Source of the DNA: Octopus vulgaris
Lineage: Eukaryota
Assembly (NCBI GenBank): GCA_951406725.2
Contig: OX597824.1
Coordinates: 58,590,001 to 58,654,000 of the forward strand
Reading direction: 5' to 3'
Length of the DNA stretch: 64,000 bases
The position numbers and the translations under genes were made by a program. How positions within the stretch are numbered: the stretch's first letter is position 1; the number at the start of each line of letters is the position of its first letter. The notes under the pieces are model-generated. The model made no database searches. It saw only the letters and a program-made list of their open reading frames with translations, and was not told where the DNA came from. Below, in pieces: positions 15,045-28,096 of this stretch.

Positions 15045-16262
15045 ATGATTTGATATCCTTGTGGCTAATTTAGAGGAGGTTGCGCCTATATAGAGGTAGA
15101 CATCGGATCCAAATTACTCTAAATTAACCACAAGGATATCAAATCATTTTCCCACGTTTCGTGATAATAGTAAACAGCACGCCACGGGGCTAAGCAAATT
15201 AGTCTGGCGTTTGAAGAACGCAAATTCAACTTTTAAGTTGGAATGGTCAATATTATCGGTGTCCTTACCGTTTGATAAGGGCAGAAAAATCCGTGCCCTC
15301 TGTAATTCCGAACTCTTTCATATTCTGTTTGCCCGAGACCAAGTAATAAACTCGATTGTCGAACGATCTTTCAGATGCCTTCACTGGAAAAAGCATACCT
15401 TTCACTCATACCAATGAAGTCTAATATAGATAACCACTGGACTTTCTATTAAATTAATTTGTGACATCTCACCCCTTTAGTTTATAAGACTTCCTCATAA
15501 TTGCTAAGAACTACTACCAATTCCAGCAGTAACCTGCTCTCTTGTCATTACTATTTCTACCCTCTCCCTCTTAAGTTGACACATTCAAACACACAGACAC
15601 AGTCTTTTCACCTCTTGACCGTTAATTCTTTTTCTCTGCCTTCTACACACACATTCACTCAGTCACAGACACACACACACATTAAGGCAAATTTACACAC
15701 TCATACATACGAGCACTCATTCATAAAATAAATCAAATATAAACACCAGTCATACAGAATACATTCCCCCACTTTAGTTTTCCTTTACCTTCCTTCACCA
15801 ACCTTGATTGAACCCTCGAACTATTTTAACTGACATTTTCCCCTACTTTCAACCAATCTGGCGTCACCCCCTATAAATATACACTGTCAATCATTATCTC
15901 TATGGGCTCCTAGTGAGCAGTCATCGAAAAACTTGTTGTGCATTTTGTTGAAGAATTAAGTTCCTGGTTTTTCCTGAAGAGAAAGCTGCATAATGGACTC
16001 CTTATTCATCCGGAATTAGGGATTTATCAGACTTCGAAACATATGTCGAAGATAAAATAAAGGAACTTTGTTAAATCTTCGTTCAGCTCCATTCTTTCCT
16101 ATACTTAATATATTAAATTAAACTTCAAATTTCCGCACTAAGGCACGGATTTTATGCCCTATGGTCGTAACTTCAACCGTACTTTTTCTGTTGTGAGTTT
16201 GCTACCCAGGTATCGGTTATCTTTCAAATTATCCGTAATAAGATAATTCATTTGTCTACTTA
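15045..16262 (+). mobile_element. 5'-truncated Penelope-like element with a short 5' inversion and a 3' hammerhead
   Basis: HATGLSKLVWRLKNANSTFKLEWSIL..KIRALCNSELFHIL..INS..RCLHWKKH (about 15150-15417) is a PLE endonuclease C-terminus. There is an inverted repeat 15045-15075/15117-15147 and an HHR at 15969-16052, and the element ends at a (TA)n tract. Confidence 0.75.
15969..16052 (+). ncRNA. Minimal type-I hammerhead ribozyme
   Basis: UUUUC-CUGAAGA-GAAAGCUG...CAGACUUC-GAAA-C-AUAU-G-UC|GAAGA. The core is intact, the cleavage triplet is GUC, and loop III is palindromic. Confidence 0.75.
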
Positions 16263-16263
16263 A

Positions 16264-16311
<48 letters not shown>

Positions 16312-16503
16312 CAGAGAGAGAGGTTGTGAATCCAACCAATTAATGGATAGTATCTATCTATAAATAAAGATAATATAATGTCTAACAGCTAATAAATACT
16401 ACCTCTGGATTCCCTCCATTTTCTTCTTGCCATATGTATATATATATGCATACATACATACATATATATATATGTATATATATATATATGCATACATACA
16501 TAC

Positions 16504-16593
<90 letters not shown>

Positions 16594-16809
16594 ACAATAT
16601 AATTCTCTCTCCCTGATATTAAACTACAGTTTTCTCTGTAGGAATTTGTTGCTCTATAACTCACGTGGGTGGAAGGGGAAGAATGCAAAGCCTCATTTGT
16701 ACTTTTTGAATTCGTTAGTACTAGCGGTCGAAGATGGTTTGTCTGGGATTACTCCTATCAGACGTGTATGTTCGATTTTTAGTGCTCTCAAATCCAAACC
16801 TAAAGAAAT

Positions 16810-16872
16810 CTGGGGCTGATGACGGAAATGTTGATCTCTATATCCAACTAATCCAGAAACGGCGGTCTCAAG
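16810..16872 (+). ncRNA. Hammerhead-like motif with weak stem I (probably decayed)
   Basis: CUGAUGA-CGGA...UCCA-GAAA-C-GGCG-G-UC|UCAAG. Confidence 0.4.
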
Positions 16873-17088
16873 TATTCGATGTACTTGTGATCTTTCGTTA
16901 TTTCTCCCTCTATGCCTGCGTGAATTATTTTTGAGTATACATTGTCTGGGAGACTTTTCATATAGTAGAGGAAATAGCTAAGACTTTTTGGCTGCTATTT
17001 CTAAAAGTTCGGTGTGTGGTAAAGTAAATTATTTTACTGAACCCTAATTATATAACGTAATGTTTTATATATATATATATACATACAT

Positions 17089-17160
<72 letters not shown>

Positions 17161-17163
<3 letters not shown>

Positions 17164-17998
17164 TTTATATATAGAGGGCATTATACATACATGCCAGAGG
17201 GCATTATACATACATGCCACACGCTAAGAGGGACAATTAGTCATTTCTACCAAAAATTTTACTAATCCCACCGAATGCAATTTTTCAAAGTAAGACATTT
17301 AAAAATATAGACTTGTATCACTGTGATTTCATACCTCTGTATTCATCAGCAAGCCTGGACGTATCATAAATAAACGACCCTGCCTCGCTTAAGCCGAGCA
17401 GCTAACTGGTCAGCATCAACGAAGCACATGGGTGAGTTTACATATATTACATCCGGTAAATGGCAGACTTTTACGAATTGCATTTCGGAAAAGGAAAAGT
17501 TTTTTCGGAATATAAATTTAGCAATTAAGGACAACTACTTAATAAGGAAAACTTAACAAGAAATTGTCAGGTAGATAGCGTGGAAGACCTCATAAGAGAA
17601 AAAATTTCGAAAATAATTATTTCTTATTGAACATATTAATTTATATATAGAGGGCATTATACATACATGCCAGAGGGCATTATACATACATGCCACACGC
17701 TAAGAGGGACAATTAGTCATTTCTACCAAAAATTTTACTAATCCCACCGAATGCGAAAAATTGCATTCGGTGGGATTAGTAAAATTTTTGGTAGAAATGA
17801 CTAATTGTCCCTCTTAGCGTGTGGCATGTATGTATAATGCCCTCTGGCATGTATGTATAATGCCCTCTATATATAAATTAATAAGTTCAATAAGAAATAA
17901 TTATTTTCGAAATTTTTTCTCTTATGAGGTCTTCCACGCTATCTACCTGACAATTTCTTGTTAAGTTTTCCTTATTAAGTAGTTGTCCTTAATTGCTA
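17161..17998 (-). mobile_element. Non-coding hammerhead-bearing element (retrozyme-like/non-autonomous PLE): 476-nt unit, 118-bp terminal redundancy, 5' inverted copy, inserted in (TA)n
   Basis: 17161-17278 is identical to 17637-17754. 17763-17998 is the reverse complement of 17519-17754 (one mismatch seen). An HHR lies at 17309-17356, there is no ORF, and both sides are (TA)n. Confidence 0.85.
17309..17356 (-). ncRNA. Type-I hammerhead ribozyme
   Basis: Minus strand: AGGCUUG-CUGAUGA-AUAC-agag-GUAU-GAAA-UCA-cag-UGA-UA|CAAGUCU. Stem I is 7 bp, stem II is 4 bp, and stem III is palindromic. Cleavage is predicted after AUA (between 17316 and 17315). Confidence 0.9.
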
Positions 17999-18027
17999 TA
18001 TATATATATATATGTATATATATATGT

Positions 18028-18058
<31 letters not shown>

Positions 18059-18099
18059 TTAACTGGACATTCTTTCACGTAATTATCTTCCTCTGTGTC

Positions 18100-19020
18100 T
18101 CTCCCTTTCTTTCTCTCTGTATCCATCACTACTACCGGACTTCCTTTGTCGGCTTCTTTAATGGTGAGGTTTATGTCAATTTTTAGCTCGACAAGGTCTT
18201 TCTATTCATTTAAATTAAGGTTGGATTTAATTTAAAACATCAAGTGCTTTATTTTTGCCTTTTGTAGGCCGGTATTCACTTTTGCTTTTCTCTATTGAGT
18301 CATCTTCGCTGGTGTAGTTGTGAAGTGCTTCTGTGAGGTGTAATTTTCTGCAGAAATCCATAGTATTGTCCTTAATTTCATTTGGGTTCGATCTGCGGAG
18401 GGGGGGGTAGGGGTAAATTTTAAACCTCTTGCTAGGATTTTGGTCTGTGTAAAACTCAGGATTTTCTTTGACAGGTTGATTATTTTCGGTTGCTCTTGTT
18501 TATTTTGTTCCATTTCACATCTCTGTTTCTCTGGTTTACGTCTAAAAAATGGTTGTAGTAGGTGGATTGATGTAGAATGTCTGTATTTTGTTTGGTTTGC
18601 TGATGAAAAAACGGGCGTAAAGTGTGTCTATGGTAGTATGTTTTTGGTGGAGTGGCTGTGTAGTGTACTGGATTATGGTTGTACCGAGGGTTGTTATATC
18701 GTCTATGGCTGATGTGATTTGGGTTTAATTGATTTTTAATATTGTAATATGGGTGGATGGAGAGGTTATGTTGCCTAGTCAGGTTTTGTCTAGTTGACTG
18801 GTTGAGGTAGCCATGTTGGGGTAAAGTCTCGGAGGTAAGTTCTTCCTGGTAGGAATCGGTTCCCAAAAATTTAGGTTAGTCTGGAGGTTTCGATGGAATC
18901 TTTGATTTGTATGTAGGATACCTTGAGGATTATGTCTAGATTTCCTACTGTGGATTGAATTATTGATAGTTGTTTGTTAGTTATTTGGGGGAGTGTGGTT
19001 TGTGTTAGATACACGTGGGG
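18100..19020 (-). mobile_element. Penelope-like element fragment (N-terminal/pre-RT region), frameshifted
   Basis: IINLSKKILSFTQTKILARGLKFTPTPP in ORF 18292-18513, and NLTIKEADKGSPVVVMDTE (the PLE DKG motif) at about 18170-18112. Confidence 0.8.
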
Positions 19021-19032
19021 TCATTTCTGTGT

Positions 19033-19074
<42 letters not shown>

Positions 19075-19078
<4 letters not shown>

Positions 19079-19843
19079 GATATGGTCGTTATTTAAAATA
19101 CCGATCATATCAAGTGGACAGCATGGGAATAAAAACCTTATAGGTATTGACTATCATTAAAATTACAATTAAGGGTATCTAAAAGATACCATCATGCTAA
19201 AGATAGCTGTCAAAACTTGACTCTAAACCCACATCATGTATTCCAACAGCACTAGGAGAAAAGACAAATAGACTAATAAACTCGCAAAAAATTATCGGAT
19301 AATCCCAGATCTGGATTTCTGGTTTTAGAGTCCAGCATGGTGGTATCTTTTAGATATCCTTGATTATAATTTTAATAGTAGTTAATACCGATTAGGTCTT
19401 TATTCCCGTGCTGGTCACTTGCTATCGGTATTCTAAATTACGATCTTATCCTTATTTGTAAAAATTTATATATTGACTTCGTCATTATATTCACTGCGGT
19501 GGAATTTTGACCATATCGCACGTGGAATTTAGACGGGCAATTAAACCGGTCGTGTCCATACGTACATATATATGTATGTATACGTGCGTATATGTAAGTA
19601 TTCATATGTTGTATATTTATATTTGTAATTATGTATATCCCACTGATGAGGCAGAGTATATTTTTTTATAGAGAGTCAGAAATCCGGATCTGGGATTACC
19701 CAATAATTTTTTGCTACTTTATTTGTCTATTTATTTTTCCTCCTGGTGCTCTATGAATACATGATGTAGTTTTAGAGTCAAATTTTGACTGCTATTTCTA
19801 GCATGTTGGTATCTTTTAGATACCCTTAATTGCAATTTTAAAA
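19075..19843 (+). mobile_element. Older non-coding hammerhead-bearing element: 5' inverted segment plus about 1.1 copies of a ~470-nt unit
   Basis: 19075-19321 is an inverted copy of 19334-19452 and 19677-19841. 'agcatg.tggtatcttttagata' recurs at 19334 and 19800. An HHR lies at 19637-19696. Flanks are (TA)n and (CA)n(TA)n. Confidence 0.75.
19637..19696 (+). ncRNA. Minimal type-I hammerhead ribozyme
   Basis: AUCCCA-CUGAUGA-GGC...GUC(A)-GAAA-U-CCGG-A-UC|UGGGAU. Stem I is 6 bp and loop III (CCGG) is palindromic. Stem II is weak. Confidence 0.7.
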
Positions 19844-19861
19844 TATACACACACACATACA

Positions 19862-19960
<99 letters not shown>

Positions 19961-20221
19961 TAAAGTGTTAGTCTTTGTGTTTATGTTTGTACCCAATACC
20001 ACCACTATCATCATTTGACAACCGATGTTGGTGTGTTTAGGTTCCTGCAACTAGCAGTTCGGCAAAAGAGACATAGAGATGTACCAGACTTACAAAGAAT
20101 AAATCCTGGGGTCGATTTCTTCGACTAAAAGGGGGTACTCTAGCATGGCCGCAGTCAAATGACTAACACAAGTAAAAGAATAAAAGACCAAAAGAATACA
20201 CACACTTCTTTTCTCTCTCTT

Positions 20222-20274
<53 letters not shown>

Positions 20275-20546
20275 TACACACATATACAACCATTGCAACC
20301 GACAACAATATCTTAAGGCTAGAATTAAGTAGCCAACTTGATCAAATTCCCCGCTCTCCTGTTTCCATTTTCTTTTCTTTTTTTCTTTTCCTTCTATCGT
20401 TCATTCCTCCTATCCAAAATGCATTTCTCAAAGCGCTATAAATCTATGATGCACAAGTAAATGTATAAGGGTCATTATTTATGTATTTTACTTATATATC
20501 GATACACACGCACACATACACACACGTTCGCGCTCACACACTTACG

Positions 20547-20635
<89 letters not shown>

Positions 20636-21487
20636 CATTGGGTGAGACCAAACTATGTTAGCAGTGGAAGAATTTGTGCAGGAAGAACAGCTTCAAAGCG
20701 GTGACGTATTCACAGATGCACGACGGCATACGTAATACATTAAACGGTTTAATTTGCAATTTAAAATGTTACAGGCCGGTGAGTGAGTGATGAGATTTGG
20801 CTGCTACTTTTTTTGTTGCTTTGTTACTTTCTTTTACGTGTGTGTTTTGTGAGTTTTCTTTTCCTTGGTGTGCCAGAGACTAAGGCAATTGGCAAAATAC
20901 GTCATTTCTTATTACTAATATAGGCAAAAAATGTGTGTATGTGGGGGGTATTTGTGTGTGTGTGTGTGTGTGTGGAGGAGGTTGTGTGTGTTTGGGGGAG
21001 GGCATACATGCGTACGTGTGCGAGTAAGGGCGTTTATACACATACAAGGCATCAGAATGCGACAAAAGGCGTAGAATCAACATGGACCAGATTAGTGCCC
21101 AGAGCAGATCGAATTTCTAAAATCCAACGTCATAATCATGGGAGACGTAATCGATCCCCGCAAGAGCTGACAATAGGCAATGCATCGTTCTGGCTAATGA
21201 AAATAAGGATAAACTATAAGATGTACAAGAAGTTGATTGCGTAAATGGTTATACATTTTATATCTTATATGTACATCCATTCACACATACACACATATAA
21301 ATATGTGTATGTGAGGTGGTGGCTTTTCGTCTGTCTTCACGTTCCGTCTTCAAATTCTGCCGAGGTCAATTATGGCTTTTCTCATTTCAGGATCGATAAA
21401 GTAAGTACCAGTTGAACGCGGGGGTCAGTGTAATGGATTCACTCCTCTCTCCCGAAATTGCTAAATTTGTGCCAAAATTTGAAACCT

Positions 21488-21900
21488 ATTACTCTTTTAC
21501 TCTTTTACGCGTTTCAGTCATTTGACTGCGGCCATGCTGGAGCACCGCCTTTAGTCGAGCAAATCGACCCCGGGACTTATTCTTTGTAAGCCCAGTACAT
21601 ATTCTATCGGTATCTTTTGCCGAACCGCTAAGTGACGGGGACGTAAACACACCAGCATCGGTTGTCAAGCAATGCTAGGGGGACAAACACAGACACACAA
21701 ACACACACACACATACATATATATATACATACATATATACGACAGGCTTCTTTCAGTTTCCGTCTACCAAATCCACTCACAAGGCATTGGTCGGCCCGGG
21801 GCTATAGCAGAAGACACTTGCCCAAGATGCCACGTAGTGGGACTGAACCCGAAACGATGTGGTTGGTTAGCAAGCTACTTACCACACAGCCACTCCTGCG

Positions 21901-21903
<3 letters not shown>
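21488..21903 (-). mobile_element. Near full-length tRNA-like SINE, family A
   Basis: On the minus strand it begins ggcgcaggagtggctgtgtggtaagtagcttgc..gggttcagtcccact (Pol III A/B-box-like). It has an internal (TA)/(TG) tract and ends gaaac.cgtaaaagagtaaaagagta. Other copies are at 30466-30895, 48806-49200 and 63761-63925. Confidence 0.9.
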
Positions 21904-21978
<75 letters not shown>

Positions 21979-22154
21979 CATATGTATGTGTGTATGTATA
22001 TTTATATATATATGTATGTATATATATATATGTATATATGTGTATATATATATGTATATACGTGTATGTATATATATATACATATGTATATATAACGTAT
22101 ATGTGTATATATATATATATATTTATATGTATATATAGGTAAAAACGGTATATA

Positions 22155-22600
22155 TACTAGCAGTATAGCCCGGCGTTGCTCGGTTTTGTTTTTTAGTTAG
22201 TTTTTTAGTTGCGCTTAAAACGGCAGGCTTTGATGTTGCGTTAACAAAGTTTTCACATAGTTTCAATCTTTTTTGAAAAGTAAAAATTTTGCATTATGTA
22301 ACTTGTTATTCTTTTTAAGTGAACATTTTTCTGGTTGAAATACACCGAAAAATGGCGACACAGCAGTAAAAATATCGTAAAAAATAGGGATTTTCATAGA
22401 AAAATAGCACCTTTTTTATCTAAATATTTTTTGGTCTTAACATGGTCCGATTTGAATTTCTTCTTCTACGGAATGAAGAGCAAGCCTTCTTCTATCATAC
22501 TCTCAAGTTTGGTCAACTTGCGCCGCAGGGTCTCGGAGGAGATAGTGTTAGTTGAAGCCTACCAAACCTGCCACACACAGACACACAGACATATATATAT
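22155..22600 (+). mobile_element. Probable non-autonomous Helitron-like element in (TA)n
   Basis: It starts TACTAG..GCCCGGCGTTGCTCGG right after TA repeats and ends cacacacagacacacagac(AT)n. A similar TACTAG start occurs at about 29934. The class is inferred. Confidence 0.45.
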
Positions 22601-23868
22601 ATTATGGAGGTGTACTTGCATAGCAAGTGATCTGATCTGAGATCGTGTGCTGGAACGAAAACAACTGCAGCATGGAAGGTGTTTATAAACCATTTAAGAA
22701 ACACACAAAATCCGTTAGATTCACTTCAACATTTAAATTTAGTTTGTCAAAATATTTTTGTCGCTTTGAGTGTGCGACGTTTTGGCTGCTATTTCCAAGA
22801 GGCGCGACCATGTCTCTATATTAGATAATATAGTGTTGTTGTTGCTCTTATTGTTGTTGCTTTAGTCCTGCTCTAAGTGAGCTTCAGTTGAATAAACCTA
22901 CGATCAAAATCCTAGTCTTGGCCATCGTGCTTTTCCGTTTTGTCAGAGGTTATCTGTGTAGAATTACATTATACAATGTGCACGCTAGGGTATGTGATTT
23001 ACAGCAAATTTGTCTGCTATTTCCATCATGTCCTTACAGAGCCACTTAATCCAATGAATTCTTCTCTTTTAAAACAGTAGGGTGTGATTACAGAGATAAA
23101 GCTTCTCTGTAAGAGTTTATACATTTACTGACAGGTTTATGGTTCCTTATAGTCCTATTTGGTCACTCCCGTCACGTTGTCGATAAGGTGTGGACTTACT
23201 GACAGAGGTGAAACTTGACACTTTAACTTAGCAAATCTACCAGATTATCACAGAACCACCATGTTGACTTAGAGTATTCTAATAATTACAAGTGAAACTT
23301 TTAAACTCTTCTGTTACCTCTCCAAATCATTGAAAGAATTAGTCATACATTTTTTACTTATTTCGTGATAAAAACCTCATTGAGAGATTAAGATGTGGAC
23401 GACAGATTTCTAACCTATTTAGAGAGAAATACAAGAATAAGGTTTAAAGTTTTTGTTTGGTATAAATAATTTCACTTGAGATAATATGTTTATGTTTGAA
23501 ACATACACTGCAGTGTTTAGGATGAAATTATATTGGCTATTAATTAAAATTAGTTCGCTATTATTTTCTTCACTGTATCGCTAGATTTAACAAGAGATAA
23601 TAAAATAGGTGACCATGTTCTAGACACACAATAAAAGTCTTTCTTTATATCCACTTTTAAACTAAATACAGAAGTACAAACTGTATTCGTGCTTTCAGGA
23701 GGAGGCAATATGATTCTACAAAATTCAGTTTCAAATAGAATTTTATGGATATCATTTTTGAAGATCCCTTCTGAGAATATTGCTCAACATTTCTCTCATG
23801 AATTTTGGGTGTCTCATAATATAGTTCTATTTGCATTTCCTGCACGTCTTCAGAGTGTCGTTCATTGT

Positions 23869-23908
<40 letters not shown>

Positions 23909-25142
23909 GATGAATATATCTTTTTCTACAAATATACATATATTTTGGTAGAATACCATATTAGAATATTCAATTCCCACACAAAATTTCACTACATTTT
24001 CTGATGCATATCACAGTCTTAACATTTACATGATAAATATATGTTCTAAGTTCAAATCCGGATAGCATAAGGATCTAAAACTTATAGGGGAACTCCATAT
24101 TGTCTGGCATGATTTTGTGGATAAAAATGTTGCTTTGTCACGAGTTAAATTCTACTGCACGTCATCTCAGTGGTATACCTTCGGCTTGTTCGTGTCTTCT
24201 GCAAGTGTATGTTCAGCTACATTCCTTTCAGATACTGTCACATGATATGCCCTCCTCCCTTCATGTTCCCCTGACCCTTACTGTGTTTCACATTCCGTTA
24301 AGTACTTCACCAAATGTCTATCTCAACAACTTCAGCTATCGGTAATTTTCACCCTGACCACGGTACATTGTACACATTGACCAACAGAATATCAGCTTCA
24401 TAACTCACCTACTATCCTAGGGCCTGGGATTTCTACCAAAGATAAAGACACGGCCTTTTATGACATATGTTATAATGAAAAAGGAAATATTATAACAATA
24501 ACCTAAGTAAAAGTGTGTTACATTATTGCTACAAATAAGAGGCAAATCTACACCAAGCGACAACCTACTGTCTTAAGAAAGAAGGAATCAATTGACAAGG
24601 GGATTCTAATGGTTAAAAGAAGACGTGATGATCATGACTACATTATTTTAATAAGATTACTTGGTCAGGGCTCACGTACGCTAATCATAAAAGCATATTA
24701 GGTAGCTGAACCCGTGGAAATTCCACGATGTAAACCACCATATCTGAAAACAGTATGTTAACATATTAACAGAAGCAAAGAGTTTTTTTTCTGTCTTTTT
24801 TTTTTACATCCTGTCATTCAGTCAAAACAGTATTTTTAAATATAATCGAAATGAACTTAGACATCATTGTCTGTTTAGCTTTTGATATGTTTTACAGACA
24901 AATATGATGTGTTTCATAGTTTAAGGAGATAAAAGGTGAATTAAGAAGATAAAACATCTTCATATATATGAAAGAAAGGACTCCACTTTTCGCAGTCCAA
25001 CCACCAGTCCAAATAATTTACCAATTGAGATTATTTTCATTTCTTTTCATTTCATTTCTGTTCAGCTACCTATTTATTTGCATATCTATTAATATAGCTC
25101 TCTTTCTACATATCTATTGATATATCTGTAAACTTACCTACG

Positions 25143-25385
<243 letters not shown>

Positions 25386-25420
25386 CTTCATAAATTAAAA
25401 CAGATTAGGAGATCGAAAAT

Positions 25421-25463
25421 CCACCTGACGAATGTCATTGAAGACATGAAACGATTGTAGTGG
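25421..25463 (+). ncRNA. Minimal type-I hammerhead ribozyme in a ~175-bp insert between (TA)n tracts
   Basis: CCAC-CUGACGA-AUGUC-auugaa-GACAU-GAAA-C-GAUU-G-UA|GUGG. All core nucleotides and stems are intact. Confidence 0.9.
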
Positions 25464-25551
25464 CGGTTTATTTCTTTATATTAAAATTTTTTATGTATTG
25501 ATTAAGTCTTTCCTTGTTTGTTTTGCAAAATAGTGGTTTTGTCTCGAATTA

Positions 25552-25615
<64 letters not shown>

Positions 25616-25657
25616 TATCTATCTATCTAGCTATATGTCTATCTATCTAGCTATCTG

Positions 25658-25689
<32 letters not shown>

Positions 25690-27005
25690 CCTATCTATCT
25701 ATCTATCTATCTATCTACCTATCTAATTAGCTATTTTCTTCCGATGTATCTGTCTACTCTCGACATACCAATAAGCATTTAAACCTAACATGACCACAGA
25801 TGTTGATCTCGAACACATAAAAGATAAAAGTGTAACATCCATAGATATTTGTTTAATAAGGTTATTAAGCTTTGATTAACAATATATCGATATATATTTT
25901 AGTATAAAAACTTAGAGAACTTCACGACATTGTTTCATTGTATTAAACATTTTCTCTCTCGTTTTTTGTCTTTCTATTACTTTACTGACTTCACTATTTC
26001 CTCTCCTCTCTTTGTCTCCTCTTCTCCCTCTTCTTTCTCTCTATATATTTCTCCACTCGAGTTATTACCTCCCTTGGCGTACGCGTAACACACGGGCAAA
26101 AATAGACAGGCCCACAAGAATGTGTAGAATTATAGAATTATAGATATTAAAAATTGGCCTGTGCAATGTTAACATTAATAAGCACGAATATATTAATATT
26201 AACTGACTGGATTTAAAAGGAATCAAAATTAAGATGATAAAAAATATAAAAAATAACACGAGAAAATATACAAAAACTTCAGCCTCCCACCAGATTAGTT
26301 AATGCAGATATATGTAAATTTCGTGTTTTAAGACATTAGGGAATTATGTTAATTACAGCTGTTTTTATAGAATGTGCGTGTAGGTATGCATACTATAAAT
26401 ATATGCGAGGATGTGTGCATGCGTGCGTATGTTTGCATGTCAGTATATATGTATGCATGTTTATATGAATGTGTGTGTATTTTTGCAAGTATGGTTGTAT
26501 GTATGATTGGTTGGTTCAATGAATGTGTATGTGTGCGTGCAGATATGTACGCATATATATATGGATGTGTGATTTTATGGATAATTGTAAGCATGAACGT
26601 ACGCATATATATGTGCATTTTCGGGAATAATTATAATTAAAATTTCTACATTATATATTTTAGTACCAACATATATGCATGCAGACTCACGCACATATAT
26701 GCATGTATATAAGTAGATTTGAATGTATATAGACACAATGCGCACACAGCCATATATATCTAGCCACTAAATCGTTTTCTATTTCTCTTCCTGTTTATTT
26801 CTGTGTTCATTTCTGTCAAAGAGCGTAGACTCGAAACGTAAAAGACTTTCTCACTTCCCGAGCGTAAAACTAATACATCTGTTTGTTGTTTACACACCCA
26901 TCTTCGTATTTTGTTTTTTGTAAATTCTTACCATATATATATATATATATATATATACATATGTGTGTGTGTGTGTGTATGAATGCATGCATGTATGTAT
27001 GAATG

Positions 27006-27034
<29 letters not shown>

Positions 27035-27036
<2 letters not shown>

Positions 27037-28053
27037 CTTCTATTTTTTGAACATTATAAATCTTCGACTAAGGACGTAGCCAGTTTCCATCAAAGATACA
27101 AGGCTTCTTTTTTGGATGTAGTTAACACAGACAAATTCATATTTGGAACTTGAGAAGAGTCTTGAATAACTTTGCTGTTCCACTCACATATTGCACTTCC
27201 AATGTACGAATTAGCCGGTCGATTTCTCTCTCTGAAAATCCCAATTTATCCATATTCCCCTTTAAACATTTACTATCAAAACCTAGTGCTCCAATTATTA
27301 TTGGTATGAATATGAATACATAGTCTGGATATAGAAGCTGGAGGTCTTCAAGCAGTTGTCCATAGATATCCTCTTTTTCTTTGACTTTCAAAGAGATATT
27401 TATATCTGCAGGGTAGCTTACCTCTGTGATGACACATACCTTTACCCCTCTGTTCCAAACAATATCCGGCCTGTTATACTTACATTTGACAGAAGTTTTG
27501 ATGGGAATATTCCACCAGTATTCCTTGAGTTGGTGTTTGTGAATGTATTCCACAACAGAGGAATTTTCTAAGTTTATTTCAGGATAGTCTTTTTTGTGGA
27601 TGGCATTGTAAATTGTGCAACATAGGGAGGTAGTACCGTGACGACATTTTAGGACAGCTGCTATTCACATCCAAGATGCCTTCCACAGAAACATGACACA
27701 GTCTACACATGCGGTTGCACCTTGGGATTACAACAGCGTCACTGTCTCTCTTGTTCACCAGGTACTTTGTGGCAAACTCCTGTTCCTGGATTGCAAACAC
27801 ATAACCTTCGAAGTGTGGCATGATGTAATGGCCTTGTGTCCAAGAGAGGCTGCGATTCGTGTCCATTCTACTATCTTCTTCATGCTTCCTGGCAACATAT
27901 CCATGCATAGCCTTTTTTTTTTTTGTATGCTGAGTGTTTTCCATCCAGGTCTTCTCTGAAGTAAGAGAGCCCAACTATTTTGTATAGATCATCAGGTAGG
28001 GAGTGTTTCTCGAGGAGCTCACTGCCTACTTGTATCCCAAATGTTAGGAACAG
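27035..28053 (-). mobile_element. 5'-truncated RLE non-LTR retrotransposon (second R4/Dong-like family), frameshifted, in (CATA)n
   Basis: AMHGY..EGYVFAIQEQE..CRLCH..SSCP (zinc-knuckle remnant), followed by WWNIPIKT..NRPDIV..EVSYPAD..EKEDIY..IPIIIGALG (restriction-like endonuclease). (GTAT)n lies on both sides. Confidence 0.85.
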
Positions 28054-28096
28054 CATGTATGTATGTATGTATGTATGTATGTATGTATGTATATAT

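Noticed and set aside
17174-17218. Short direct repeats agagggcattatacatacatgcc (x2, recurring at 17650) suggestive of a CRISPR-like array
   Set aside because: There are no spacers, the context is eukaryotic, and it is a simple tandem duplication inside the HHR element.
21860-21903. tRNA-like heads with A/B boxes (also at 63386 and other copies)
   Set aside because: These are SINE heads continuous with SINE bodies. No complete cloverleaf was seen, so they are not called tRNA genes.
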